Below are positions 31,801 through 44,657 of a DNA stretch of 64,000 bases, piece after piece. The stretch spans positions 1,984,001 through 2,048,000 of the forward strand of contig MU008162.1 of assembly GCA_010909165.1 (NCBI GenBank). The letters are read 5' to 3'. Positions within the stretch are counted from its first letter, which is position 1. Each line of letters begins with the position of its first letter. The notes below the pieces were generated by a model. That model did not search any database. It saw only the letters and a list, made by a program, of their open reading frames with translations, and was not told the origin of the DNA. The DNA comes from Anthoceros angustus (lineage: Eukaryota; Plantae; Anthocerotophyta). The position numbers and the translations under genes were made by a program.

Positions 31801-33975
31801 CTGTAACTGACTGATACTTGGTATACCTTAATCTCACCATCTCAAGGAAGTACTCACTTGTGTACCTAGATCCTTTAAAGAATTTCTTCAAATGAAGGTA
31901 TACGATTGTAGGTTCATAGTCGTCTGTGCCTTGCCAATCATCTAGACCAACAGAGTCTTTTAAACGCTGATACACACTCTTCACCACAACCTCGACCACT
32001 CCAAGACTCTGCCCCAGTGATGTGCCCCTGCAAAGACAATAATGGTCAGTCTCCATGTAGCAACATGCTGGACAAAATAAAAGGTGGTGAGCTGCAAAGG
32101 TGCTGATTTGTCTGGCGGATCTCACTTCAATTCTGCGGAAGGCAAGCAGATCAAAACAGGATCGCGCTGTACGCTAAGGAGGATAAGAGTTCCACCTAGA
32201 AGACACAATCGTTCCCGAAAATGACAGGTGTTGACCATCCCCGATGACCCCTTCTGCCGGCTGAAAATTAACATAGGTGCGTGGAAGATGATGCAGAAGC
32301 GTGCGCACCTGCCACAACAGCATATCTTTTTCAGTAACCGGACCACTATGATATCTCTGTCTGTCTGGTTTAAGAGAAAGGGAACAGGAAAGTTGCAAAC
32401 TATCATACCGTGTAAATTCCATTCGATTCCAGGCATGACTGCAGATTATTTGGCAAGGCCTCAACTTTGGAGATTGGAGTGGTCAATACCCCTTCATCCC
32501 AGGTGGATGTTGTGCCTGCTTTTAGTTTCCCACCTGCTTTCTTCTCATGCCTTATGACAAGATCAACAGCACGTACTCTGGTGCACGAACCAGCAGTACT
32601 TGTCCTTTGCTTTGGGCTGACCTCACTCTGCTTTTGCAACTCATCCGGCACTTTCTCGTCACCTAGATTTGCTAGATCATACAGATCCACTGGGTCACTA
32701 CTGCCGAAAACAACCGCTGGATGAGCTGATATTTTTGGACTAGAAGAACTGCATTTCTGGATCCCAGTGTCTTCACCAGAACCTCTGCTGCTCCATATAT
32801 TCCCTTGCTCGTCAGCCTGTCCACTAGAAACTTGGAGATCTTGATTGGCCTCTTGACATGCCACCATATCCTGAACTCCACGGAAACCCAAGATTTGCAC
32901 AACCTGGAGAAAGATGTATAAAGAGGAAACAACACACCAGAAGTCTCAGCATGGGTCCACTCCAGCACTCCTCACCTTTATCCCCATGCAGACAGGAGAC
33001 TCATTTGGAGGCAAAAAGAACCACAAGAGCAACAAACACACCCCATCTAGTAGACTGGACCTGCCAAGTGGGCTCAGATGCTCGTAGGACTTGGAAGACA
33101 CTGCATGCGCCTGGAGTATTTTTCTAACTTCCAGCCCCAAGCTTGAGTCATTTGCCAAAACAAGGGCCGACAGCTGAGAGTACAAAAACTCGCCAAACCT
33201 GCAAGGGACATGCATTTTCAGATGCTGACAAGATGCCGACAAAGCACTTTGAAGCACTCTCAAGTTGGTCATTAGTAAAATGGCAACACGGCAACCTTGA
33301 ATTCTTCCCCATGGCATTAGGGAAACCCTTGGATGCTTCAAACATGATGGCCCGCATAAACTTCTCGTCAGCAAGCCTCTTATCACACAAAAAGAGAAGA
33401 ATGTGAGCTTACAAAAATCAAAGCATCGCAAAAGTGAGATACATGATTGCTCGGATATCGGTAATCCTGACCCAAACCACGCTCGTGATGCAGGTGCAGA
33501 GAAACTGCTCACCACAGGACTTGGTCGAGGGACGTCATTTCTGGTAGCATTGTCGCCAATAACAGCTGGACTGCCGGATGTGAAGGTCTGACTGGCGAGA
33601 TTGGTAGCACTCACATTCCTCGACGCTGGCATCCCATAAAAAACACAATCGACAAGCTGGTCACGAAGTGGCGTCCGAAGAACGTAACCATCGGCTCTCC
33701 CACTGCGCAGAAAAAAATATAATACCTTGCAATCTGCTGGATGTTGAGTGAACTGAACAAGGTCTCAAAACACAACCTCTCATTCGCACCCGCGAAATCA
33801 AGTATCGACTCCAGCCCCGTTTCACGACATTCAGTCTGAATCCCAGGGCCTGCGTCGAGACCATGAGCCTCTCAGAGAGGCTCGGCATTCTTTCCAGTAA
33901 GTGCGACTGACAGAGCATCTCCGGTGCTTCCAGCTTGCTCAAACCTCTCACGCTGGTTGCCACCAGTCTCATCAT
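28830..33975 (-). CDS. RECG: Organellar ATP-dependent DNA helicase RECG (plant type, multi-exon); start approximate
   Basis: Exons read LLHHLPRTY, LHLKKFFKGSRY, PYPVYPAKG, ARQRLVFDEFFYLQ, LPYSLTPSQ..RLLQ|GDVGCGKT, MAPTEFLASQH, IGTHSL..DEQHRFG, TATPIPRTLAL, QLHQLRGRVGRG, RGPGDVLGKRQSG; last exon 28919-28830; N-terminal MMRLVATSVRG... resembles a transit peptide. Confidence 0.95.
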
Positions 33976-34589
33976 CCTAACCACATCGCAGCAGAATTCT
34001 TGCCACGCTCCGACCAGCTGCGAGCTAGGTCTTGCACTTCACCTGCTCTGCTATAACAAACCCACATTTTGCCATGGTTCTCAGAACTGAAGCGGGCCTG
34101 TAGTACATATAAGGAGCTCGGAATCGGCAAAATGCTCTGAAGGAGACCTTGTCCGATACACTGGAGTGACTTCTTTGGCACAGCCTCGACTCGGTAGCAT
34201 CGACTTCAGGCCATGTCGCATCCACAAAGGAATGTATCACACACGTCTCTTCATCGTCGTGGAGCGTAATGACTGGCGTGGACACGGAGTTGCACATATG
34301 CGCATTATATTAAACTCTTTATAAGTTACACCTAAGTAAATCTTAATCACCTAATGGGCATCGCGCTCTGAACCTTGTCCGAGCACTTCGGAAGCTTTGA
34401 GTGAGCCTGAACATCCAGCCTAGTGATCACATCTTTCCTCAGAAAACTAGAAAACTGCGTGTGTCCAGCTTAGAGTCTCTCATCCCACAAAAGACTTATG
34501 ACGGAACTGAACTTGCGCCCATACATACTCAATGCACTTACTTTTATGATACAAAGGTAGGTGCCTCCTCTTTTGGTAGGACAAAAGGG

Positions 34590-34765
34590 TGGTAAGACGT
34601 TGGAAGGGAGGAGGGATGGTAAGATATTGGTAGGAGGGAGGGAAGGTAAGATATTGGTAGGGAAGGGGGATGGTGAGATATTGATAAGAAATAAGGATTG
34701 TAAGATATTGGTATGAAAGAGGGATGGTATGAGATTGGTCCAGAAAAGGGATGTTAAGACATATC
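34590..34765. repeat. Degenerate purine-rich minisatellite, ~27 bp x 7, upstream of RECG
   Basis: GGTAAGATATTGGTAGGAGGGAGGGA(A/T) variants. Confidence 0.8.
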
Positions 34766-36653
34766 TAAATATAGAAAGGGGAATTGCATCTTCCACACAC
34801 TAAAATTTGCTACTTCCGTCATCCATTTTTTGAGCAAGAGCTTTGGATTCTACCTCCATAGCTTGTTGCACTCTTGATGTTGCTTCATGGATGGAAGACA
34901 TGACAATGTCTCTAGCATAGTCAATTCGAGACTTAATTCGCAAATGGATTCATGAAGTTTACTTGTAACTTCATTCAACTTGGATAGCATCGCCCCCAGG
35001 ACTACCACATGGCTCCATGAGGCTGCTACTAATGTAGCACTGGACTCCAAGACCATAATATACTCCGCATAATCGCATTTACATGTATATCACAAAGGTA
35101 ATCAATCTTAAATGTGTGTCAAAATCAAAGCTGAAGGTCAGGAACCTTGATGTTGCGATGAGTGTTGAACTATACTCAGTCTAGAATCTTATCACTTCAC
35201 GCCTTCACCGAGAATTCAGGCCATATCACAAACCACAATCTACTAAGCCCCCTAGTAGCCGACCCTCTCGTAATAACTCCCAACCCACCTCTTCAAGATG
35301 CTGCGCTTTACTTCAAGGTTCACGGAGAATAGAAGTGCAAAATCTAGCCATCCACCCCTTGTATGGCCACCACATCATAAACACATTGCTCCATACTCAT
35401 CCAAATTAGGTGATGCTTTCATATCTGCAAACTGATCCACCCCAACTGCGTAGCTGATAACTTAGAATTCCATGGAACTGCATATCTCTAAAACTTCCCT
35501 TTTAGAAAATTAGAATTATCTCTAACAATTGCGCGCATCTATTTATGACATGCCCTACATTTCTTCATATTATATGATTTTTTATTTTTATAAATAATAT
35601 ATTCTCTTTAAATTATATAATAATAATATTTACTCAGTATAAAATTTTTTGATTATTCATATATATATATATATATTCTATCTATATGTGAATATACTAT
35701 TAATATAAAAACTTGGGGTATAGAATGATATATTTATTATAGCTTGCTTGTTGTTTCTCTTTGTTTGCATGGCTCAGGATAATCTAATGACCTCGACCTG
35801 CAACTTAGTGCACCAACGAGCTGATATGCCAGTTTTTGAAATTATTATGCTTTATTTTCTTGTTGTTATGGTCAATTGAAGTAAAATTTTGAATATTATT
35901 GTCAATATACTAAGGAGTGTTGCAAATATTCATCCAGGCAATTCAAGCAATTCATTTAAACAAGTTAGAGGCTTGAGCTGTTCATGCATTGATTGCACTT
36001 ATTTTGTGCAAAATTTCTTGGTAGGTATTACATAAGCGCATAGAACTCCGTAGTGAAGTGCCTCAAAGGCAAATTAGTAGAGCCCGACGTAAGATTTAAG
36101 ACAAGATACTCCTTCAAAACCCTAAACTCTCCCCAAAATAATTTTGTGTCGTACACTTAAGGATATGAATACTAATATATATGATAAGAACTCCTAAAAA
36201 TAATTTTCTCTGGTACACATAAGGATATGGATACTAATATAGATGATAAGACCTCGTCAAATTCTAGTAGCCCCTCGATCACATTTCACAGAAAGAAAGA
36301 CCTCCTAAAATTCTAATAAGATCCTTGATTACATTTCACAGAAAGAAAGACTTCCTCAAATCACTATCCTAGTCTAGATGTTAATATTATCTCCATAAGT
36401 AACACTTGATCAAGTTTTTTAGTTACATCTTAAAGTTGTACGTCTATTAAATCACACTTTCCAAGAGTATAAATGTTCCACTATCTTTTATTCCCTATTA
36501 TTGAGAAAGAAGTAAGCTGATAGATTTAAAACTAGCAAATTCCAAATATATTTGAATATTTTTACTTTAATTAAATTATATATTTAAATTACAGGTCACT
36601 AATTCTCCATTTATAAGAAATAAACCAATTCTTATAAGGCACCTCGCATAAAC

Positions 36654-37253
36654 TTACTTTAAGCTACATGTACTCAAGGCACGAAGATTTCTAAGAGTCA
36701 TAAACTGAGATACAGGGCGCTGAGGAAATTTTAAGGCTTTGGTTAAAACACTAGGTGTAGGATAATATGGATAACCTAGAGCTTTAATAGTTATTCTATC
36801 TTCTTCTAAAGGTGTTTCAGTGGGTATTATTGGTGCAGGTACTTTCTTTACCGGATAAATGTACCCATGAATGGCGATTCTTTCTAGGGTTCTATATCTC
36901 ACCATTTTATTGACATAAGCTTGAACTATTTCACTAACATACTTAACATGAGCCTTTGTGGCATCTTTTATGCTTTGTGGTTTTATGCCATCAACGACCA
37001 TCTCAGCTCTCTCTTCCCTTGAATTATGCTCAAAAGCTCTAACATCCCAAAATGCAAAGTATTGACTTCCTTTCTTTTTCCTCTTAGGACGAAATTGTCT
37101 TTCAACTCGATCTGCAATAGAGGGTCTACTCCATAGATAACCTTTAGTACCAGTTACTGGAATTGTGAAATTTCCCTCACCCAAAAATAGTAATCCACCA
37201 ACATCATATGTCCACCTCTTAAAGTCATCCTCATCTACTGAAAATCTTACCAT
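36654..37253 (-). CDS. Orphan 199-aa ORF or exon with NLS-like RPKRKKK
   Basis: 600-nt open frame in AT-rich DNA; ends at AA|GTAAGT, a consensus donor, so it may splice to a downstream exon (candidate 35797-35737). Confidence 0.6.
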   Translation of the reverse strand: MVRFSVDEDDFKRWTYDVGGLLFLGEGNFTIPVTGTKGYLWSRPSIADRVERQFRPKRKKKGSQYFAFWDVRAFEHNSREERAEMVVDGIKPQSIKDATKAHVKYVSEIVQAYVNKMVRYRTLERIAIHGYIYPVKKVPAPIIPTETPLEEDRITIKALGYPYYPTPSVLTKALKFPQRPVSQFMTLRNLRALSTCSLK

Positions 37254-37380
37254 TTTTCTTCTAGTGTTATGTTTTAGTTATAATACAAGAACTTAGTTCA
37301 CACAAAAAAGCCTTACCATTTTTCTTCTAGTGTTATGTTTTAGTTATAATACAAGAACTTAGTTCACACAAAAAAGCCTT
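37247..37380. repeat. ~64-66 bp tandem duplication overlapping the start codon of the orphan ORF
   Basis: CTTACCATTTTT(T)CTTCTAGTGTTATGTTTTAGTTATAATACAAGAACTTAGTTCACACAAAAAAGC twice. Confidence 0.85.
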
Positions 37381-38299
37381 ATTTTTGTTTGTTGTAGAAG
37401 ATCAGGTACTATAATTTATATATACTTACTCAAGATTACGTTCTAGGTCTCCATACAAAATCTCACTGTTGGATCAACTATGGAATCATAACACGTTGGT
37501 TAATAAAGCACTGTACAATCAAGATCATACACACACCCTTTAAAATTTTAAAAACCAACATAAACAATTATCGAGCTTCTATAATCAAATTCAAAGCTAA
37601 CTAGGCTTTCACAATTATATATCATTTGTAGTTGTTATCATTTACCTGTAATTATTATATTTTTATAATATTAAATTTTATTTTATAAATTATCATTAAT
37701 CATATTTCTATAATATTAAATTATTTTCTCATATTAATATTCAATTATATTTTTATTAATATTATCTAGAGTTGAATTGAAAATGATCAATCCTTGTAGT
37801 CTACTTCAATTTTTCTTTAGTCCAAATATTCCAACACCTAAAAATAACCCATAGTGCAAAAAATGCATGAAGCTATGGAATTAAGAAAGACAAACTACCG
37901 TACTGGGGTGGTTCAACAGGATAATGCTGAAATAATTATTTTAAAAAAATAAGGTCCAATATTTATATTTTCAATATATATTAAAAATAATTTTATTAAA
38001 TTTAAAAATTATTAAAATACATAGGTATCTATATAGAACTAATGGATATGTATAGACATCCCCTAAAAGGCTCTAATTTTCCACACAAACCCTAGTTTCC
38101 TTGTTTTCGGCATCTTAAACTAATAAATTTGTACATATTCAGCATTTTAAGTATAAAAATTTCTTTATTTTCAACTTTTACTATTTTAATTAATGAATGC
38201 CAAATCACCCCTCAAGATACAGTAATACAAAAGATAATTATGGGATCATTTGTCCAAATGGCTTAGGCCAAATGGACACACATACCTTAAGAATGTCAG

Positions 38300-39042
38300 A
38301 GTTAAGTCAAGCCCTCTACACCGCAAGGGGGACCTATATGGGGTACCTAGAGAGAAATGCCTCTAGTGCTATAGCAAGCCAAGCCCTCTACACCGCAAGG
38401 GGAACCTAAATGAGGTATCGAGAGAGAAATGCCTCTAGTGCTATAGCCATAGCCTAGTTTACTCCAAGGGGGACCTAGATGCAAGCCAAGCCCTCTACAA
38501 GCCCCCTAGTGCTATAGCAAGCCAAGCCCTCTACACCACAAGGGGGACCTATATGATTTATCTAGAGACAAATGCCTCTAGTGTTATAGCCATAGCCTAT
38601 ATTACTCCAAGGGGGACCTAGATGGGGTACCGAGAGAGAAATGCCTCTAGTGCTACAGCCATAGCCTAGTTTACTCCATGGAGTGCTCGTAGCCTGTTTT
38701 GCCTCTAGTGCTATAGCCATAGCCTAGTTTACTCCATGGAGTGCTAGTAGCCTAGTTTACTCCATGGAGTGCTAGTAGCCTAGTTTACTCCATGGAGTGC
38801 TAGTAGCCTAGTTTACTCCATGGAGTGCTAGTAGCCTAGTTTACTCCATGGAGTGCTAGTTTAGTTTACTCCATGGAGTGCTAGCCTAGTTTACTCCATG
38901 GAGTGCTAGTAGCCTAGTTTACTCCATGGAGTGCTAGTAGCCTAGTTTACTCCATGGAGTGCTAGTAGCCTAGTTTACTCCAAGGGGGACCTAGATGGGG
39001 TACCTTGAGAGAAATGCCTCTGGTGCTGGTAGCCTAATTTAC
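38300..39042. repeat. Compound minisatellite: ~70-bp units grading into a 28-bp unit (~9 copies) with palindromic core ACTCCATGGAGT
   Basis: AGCCTAGTTTACTCCATGGAGTGCTAGT tandem at ~38680-38980, derived from ...AGCCTAGTTTACTCCAAGGGGGACCTAGATGGGGTACC.GAGAGAAATGCCTCTAGTGC units. Confidence 0.9.
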
Positions 39043-39202
39043 TGTTAAAATAAGTATAAACATTAACTACCTTATTTAGTCTTTTTGATAAATAGGCATT
39101 AGTGAACCGTCACCGACTTTTGTATTTAAGCCACAGGGTATTTACTCAATTCATTAATAAAGTTGTTTTGCAACTAGCTTCCGCTCAAGCCAACTCTGTG
39201 AC

Positions 39203-39790
39203 ATGGCATCGAGCCCAGGCTCTAAGTATGCCGGGCGGGCTGTCGTGCTGCAATGCGTGGCGTCGCATTTCACAGATGTGACAACTGCCTCAAGTTCCCA
39301 AGAGCGGCCCAAATGGATCAACGCCTTGGCATACTATTTAGCGGGTGGGACAGGTCTCCACAATCCGAATTGGTCCCGAGACAGGGAGCGCGCTGAATTG
39401 CTTCAGCAATTCTATCGATGGGATCGACTCCCTAGGAACCAAAGGAAGGAGAGGCGGCAGAGGCAAGCTTGCGCAGCCAATACGCCCACTACCCCGGGTT
39501 CTTTTTGCAAATCACCAAGAACGGTGCGCCCCGAGAATCCGACATATCCCTCCGGTGGAGACCCTGTTCGAGATTCCCACCACGACTTGGCCTCCAGACA
39601 ATTCAACGCCTCTTTTAAGGAGATTCTCACCACCGCAGAATCCCTTCACACGAGAATTCTTGTCAATAATATGCAGAATCGAGCTATCTTTGATGCTCTA
39701 ATCGAGAAATTGACAACAAAGATCAAGGAACTCACTGATTACCTGCTGAGATTGGAGATTGCTGCACCATCAACCCCACCGCAATCTTGA
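39203..39790 (+). CDS. Extra ORF (195 aa) between the PBS and gag of the Copia element
   Basis: Open 588 nt; the ATG is formed by the last LTR base plus TG of the PBS; heptad-like C-terminus FDALIEKLTTKIKELTDYLLRLE. Confidence 0.5.
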   Translation: MASSPGSKYAGRAVVLQCVASHFTDVTTASSSQERPKWINALAYYLAGGTGLHNPNWSRDRERAELLQQFYRWDRLPRNQRKERRQRQACAANTPTTPGSFCKSPRTVRPENPTYPSGGDPVRDSHHDLASRQFNASFKEILTTAESLHTRILVNNMQNRAIFDALIEKLTTKIKELTDYLLRLEIAAPSTPPQS

Positions 39791-40264
39791 AGCGATTGCT
39801 GTAGCGCAGTGGCGCGGCTGAGGCGTAGGAGCAATCCGGCACAGGCCGACTCCTGATTTGAAACGGCGCCTCCTCTGTCACGCCTCTTCACCAAACAACC
39901 TGGCGCGCTACCTCATTGGTCCAGGTCTGCACACCCAAGGGACATTAGCGGTTAGTATCAGCCGGCTCAGTTTCTTTTTGGATGAAGAGGTGCACTTCAC
40001 GACGTTTCTCATCTTTAGTGTGTTTTAATAATTTCTTTGTCGTAACTGCTCTTAATTGCCTTGAAAGGAAAGTGGGGGAGTTTGGCGTGAGCGGGGTGTA
40101 ACTCCGGGTTATTCCCCTTCCCTCGCGAAACCCCCCAACCTTCCCTTCCCATATACTAAGAGCAGTGCTTTTGTCCTTCTCTTCGAGTAGACGTATGCTT
40201 CGTACATGCACACCTAGTTGCTACGGTTGGGCCATAATCCCATACTGCCCTTCTAGGTTCGTTC

Positions 40265-43200
40265 ATGTTCACTGCAGCACAATTAAACACACTGATTAGT
40301 AGTTTTCAGAATCTGTCCTTAATCCCACCAACACCGTCAGCCCTCATGGCTACAACTGCTACCCCAACTTTTACCTCAGAACTACGCGAAAAGGATAGGT
40401 TCAAGGGGGACGGCTATTCCACCTGGCGTGTCAGAATGAAGGCCACCCTGCTGGCACGTGGAGTGTGGGGCACTGTGGATGGATCATACCCTAAACCTGA
40501 TCCCACGGCTTCCCCAGCTGCAACTCCTGACGACATAGCCAAGTGGAATCAACACAATGCAATTGCAGTAGCAGTTCTCATCAGTGGGCTTGATGCAGAT
40601 CTTGTCCCTGACATTGAGTTCTATAACTCAGCCAGTGAGATCTGGAATCATCTGGAGAAAACATATAAAGTACAAAATTTAATGACGCTATGCGCAGTTA
40701 GACAAGAGTTTTTTACACTCAAAATGAAAGAGGGGGACAAAGTGGCAGCGCACACTACCAAGTTTCGACATCTTAGGGCTCACCACCTTGATTGGCGACA
40801 AGATGTCGGCAGATGCAGGCCAGCTCACCACTCTTCCCCATCATATCGACTTCGTGACTGTAATGGTCCCCTTAGAGTCAGCCAGAATCGCCTCTTCATC
40901 TGGTGCAACCACGACCATTACTTTGGAAGAGGTAATCGGCGCGTTGTTTCAAGAGGAGCAGAGTCGCACCTTCACTTCTGGATCATCCAAGAACAGATCA
41001 GAAAAGGTGTTTGCATCGAATTTTCGGAAAGGCCCACCATTCAAGGGAAAAGGAAAATTCAAAGGCAGCTCTTCACCTGGTCAACGGGGTGACACTCAAG
41101 CAACTGCCAAACGTCCTGGCAATTGCAATTGGTGCGGGATTCCTGGACATTGGGCAAAAGAATGCCGTAAAAAGCGGGCAGGTGAACCTCAAAAACAACC
41201 TAAACAGGCTGCTAGTCTTGCAGTCAAAGAAGCATCAGGAGGATTGAAAGCACAGGTGAAGATACTCACAGTGTGCTTGTCAAGTTCTCTGAATGATGGT
41301 GGTTGTTGGTATCTCGATTCGGGAGCTACCACACATATCTGCAAGGACAGAAGCTTGTTCACCACTCTACAACCTGTATCAGGAAGTGATAAGGTTTTGT
41401 TAGGAGATGAACAAAGCAAAACTAGCTTGCAAATACAGGGAAAAGGTACCTGTATTTTCAGTCTCCATGACGGAACAACCCTGCTCCTTGAGGATGTCCT
41501 TCTCGTCCCAACTATGGCTAAAAATCTTATGTCTTTAAGCCAGCTCATGCGTCTACAGCTCTTCAATCTACGGGCAGATCATGAGCATTGTTGTTTTTAT
41601 CGACGATCTTCTCCTGGAACATGTGTATTTCAAGGACTACCTGTACAAGACCTCTACAGATTAGACATTACTTGTCAACCAGCAGCTGATGCACAACATT
41701 CAGCCTATTCAACAGGAGACCTTCAGTCAAGTTCAGCAAAGGAAGCCATCTTGTGGCATGCCAGATTAGGGCATGTCAACAGATCTAAGCTAATTGACAT
41801 GTCTGTTACGGAATGTCACAAGGAACCCCTTCCAAAGTGCTTCAAACACTTACCCATTTGTGAAACTTGCATCTTAGCAAAGCAAAAGGAATTCCCTTTT
41901 CCAAGTGCTTCCTCACATAGGGCAACACATCCACTTGGGTTAGTACATGCGGACATATCAGGAAAAATCAGTGAACCTTCCCTGGGAGGCTCAAAATACT
42001 TTTTTTCCCTAACAGATGATTATAGCCGCTATACGTGGACATATCCAATGCAATATAAAAGCGACACACTTAGTTTCTTCAAGGACTGGTTTCACACAGC
42101 TCAAAGGCAATCAGGACAACTGCTTAAAATATTAAGAACTGACAATGGTACCGAATTTGTCAATCCCTCTTTTGACTCCTTCCTTCAAGAAGCTGGTGTC
42201 CTCAGGCAATTGACTGTGCCCTACACACCTCAACAAAATGGTGTCTCAGAACGAAACCATCAAACTGTACTCAGTATGACCAGAAGCATGCTATTGTGGG
42301 CAGGCCTACCTCAAGGATACTGGGCCGAGGCTGTTGTTACAGCTACCTATATCCTGAACAGGATTATTACAAGTTCAGTCCCACACATGACACCTTATGA
42401 GGCATTCTGGCATAAGAAACCAAGTTTAGCACATCTTAGAGTTTTTGGATCTAAGGCTCTTGCTTTTATACCTGCTAAGAAACGTAAGAAACTTGATCCT
42501 AGGGCACAGGCTCTCATTTTTGTAGGCTACAGCGAACAAGCCAAAGCATATAAGTTATATAATCCTCATAAAGGAGATATTGTATTGGCTCGTAGTGTGA
42601 CGTTTTTGGAAAGAAGTTCACCAGCCGCATCAGATGGTACGCAAGTGGATGCTGAGATAGATACCTCTTCGGCTGAAGCAGCAGATTATCCCCTTGATGA
42701 TCCTGATGCGGATGAATCCAGTCATCCTGCAATTTCCCCGGCAGAAGATGGGTTAGATGGGTTAGATAATCCTAATCCTCCCATCCCACATGACGATCCT
42801 GAACATCAACATCCAGTACAAGAGGAACTTGCTGGGGAGCCTGATGTGGACTTGCCTGTTCCTGATGTACATGATGATCTACCTTTCCCGGATGCTCCAC
42901 ATGTCCCGGATGCTCCACATGTTATTGATGATCCACCTGTTGTGGATGTGCCTGCTCCGGTTCTTCGACGTTCTACCCGCCACCATGCACCACCTGCAGA
43001 ATGGAAGGAGCCCCCTTATCAGTCAAAAGATTTTAGATCCCATCTTGCTGTCAAAGATTCATTACCAGATGAACCCACATCACTTACCCAAGCCTTTACT
43101 GGTCCTCAAAGCATGCAGTGGAAGGCTGCTGTAGAAGATGAATATCAATCCCTGGTCAAAAATAAAACATGGGTCTTAACGGATTTGCCACCTGGCCGAA

Positions 43201-44657
43201 AAGCTATTTCATGCAAATGGGTATTTAAATTGAAACTAAATGCCAAGGGTGAAGTTGCACGTTACAAGGCACGTCTAGTTGCGCGTGGCTTCACACAGGT
43301 GGAGGGTATTGACTACCAAGAGACATTTTCTTCAGTAGTCAGATCCCAGTCGATACGGATCCTCTTGGCCTACGCTGCTGAATTCGACTTAGACCTTCAA
43401 CAGATGGATGTGTGCACAGCCTACCTGTATGGCAAACTTGATTATGAACTGTACATGTTGCAGCCAGAGGCATACGAAGATCAGAAATACCCACATAAAG
43501 TTCTTAAACTTTTAAAATGTATTTACGGCTTAAAGCAGAGTGGACGCGTATGGTATTTTACCATGCACCAGTTTCTAATCAGTATTGGTTTTATACAAAA
43601 TCCAGCAGACACTAATGTGTATAAGCTTACCAAGGGTTTATCTGTGGCCGTCTTGGCACTTTATGTCGACGACGTCATCTTGGCCACCAATGATCAGGAC
43701 TTGTTATCTCATGTCAAACAACAGCTCACTGCTCGGTTTGATATGAAGGACATCGGCGAGTTACGTTTTTGTTTGGGCATACAGTTACTCCGGGTTAGAT
43801 CAGAAGGCAAGTTGATCATACATCAGTTTAAATATGTAAATGAGATTTTACGGAAATTCAACCTTGACCAAGCCCGACCCGCATCAACACCTTATGCTAC
43901 AGGCCTTAAACTTACCCGCTTGCAGTGTCCTGAAACTGAACTTGAAAAGAAAGACATGCTGGACGTACCTTATCGTCATGCAGTGGGAAGTTTACTTTTT
44001 GTTGCTAACTGGACACGACCTGATGTACAATACGCTGTCAGTACTGTTGCTCAATTCATGGATAACCCTGGACGTATTCACTGGACGGCTGTTAAACGAA
44101 TTTTTAGATACCTGAATGGCACTCAAAGATATGGCCTTGTTTACCAGCGCAGTGGTCACTCGAGGCTTACCTTGTCTGGGTACACGGACGCTGATTGGGC
44201 CTCCGATTTGGACTCCAGAAGGAGCCTCTCCACTTACTGTTTTACCCTTGCTTCGGCAGTTGTCGCATGGTGCTCGAAGAAACAAACTTCTGTTGCACTC
44301 AGTTCCACTGAAGCTGAATACAAATCTTTAACGGAGGCTTCGAAGGAGGCTGAATGGGAGCGCAACTTTCTCTCCGGCATCGACCAAACCCAACTCCAGC
44401 CAACGCAGATACTCTGTGACAACATGTCTGCTTTGGAGTTAGTGGCCAACCCCAAATACCACGCACGTACAAAGCATATTGAAACGCAGCATCACTACAT
44501 TCGAGACGCTGTGGAACGAGGAGTGATCATGGTCAGCTATGTGGGGACAGACGAGAATACGGCAGATATCCTCACCAAAGGATTGCCCAAGCATCGACAT
44601 TATTTTCATATGGCCGGCTTGGGGCTTCAAGATTTCTCACCCTACTTCGACCAGTGA
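40265..44657 (+). CDS. Copia gag-pol, disrupted by small indels at ~40780-40850
   Basis: Gag FKGDGYSTWRVRMKATL, zinc knuckle CNWCGIPGHWAKEC, protease WYLDSGATTHI, WHARLGH, integrase DDYSRY/RTDNGTEF/PQQNGVSER, RT YKARLVARGF/LYVDD, RNase H YTDADWA/STEAEY/ADILTK. Confidence 0.95.

Noticed and set aside
28830-33975. RECG as a recent bacterial horizontal transfer or contamination
   Set aside because: Many GT-AG introns, a plant-type N-terminal extension and close correspondence to Arabidopsis RECG motifs indicate the ordinary plant gene
34025-34297. ORF as the first RECG coding exon
   Set aside because: The transit-peptide-like frame starting at 33975 fits better; this ORF may be 5' UTR. Unresolved without cDNA.
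40780-40850. Programmed gag-pol frameshift
   Set aside because: Several small indels scramble the expected L..LP.SY..FVT gag motif; Copia normally has a single ORF and no slippery site is evident, so decay or sequencing error is more likely
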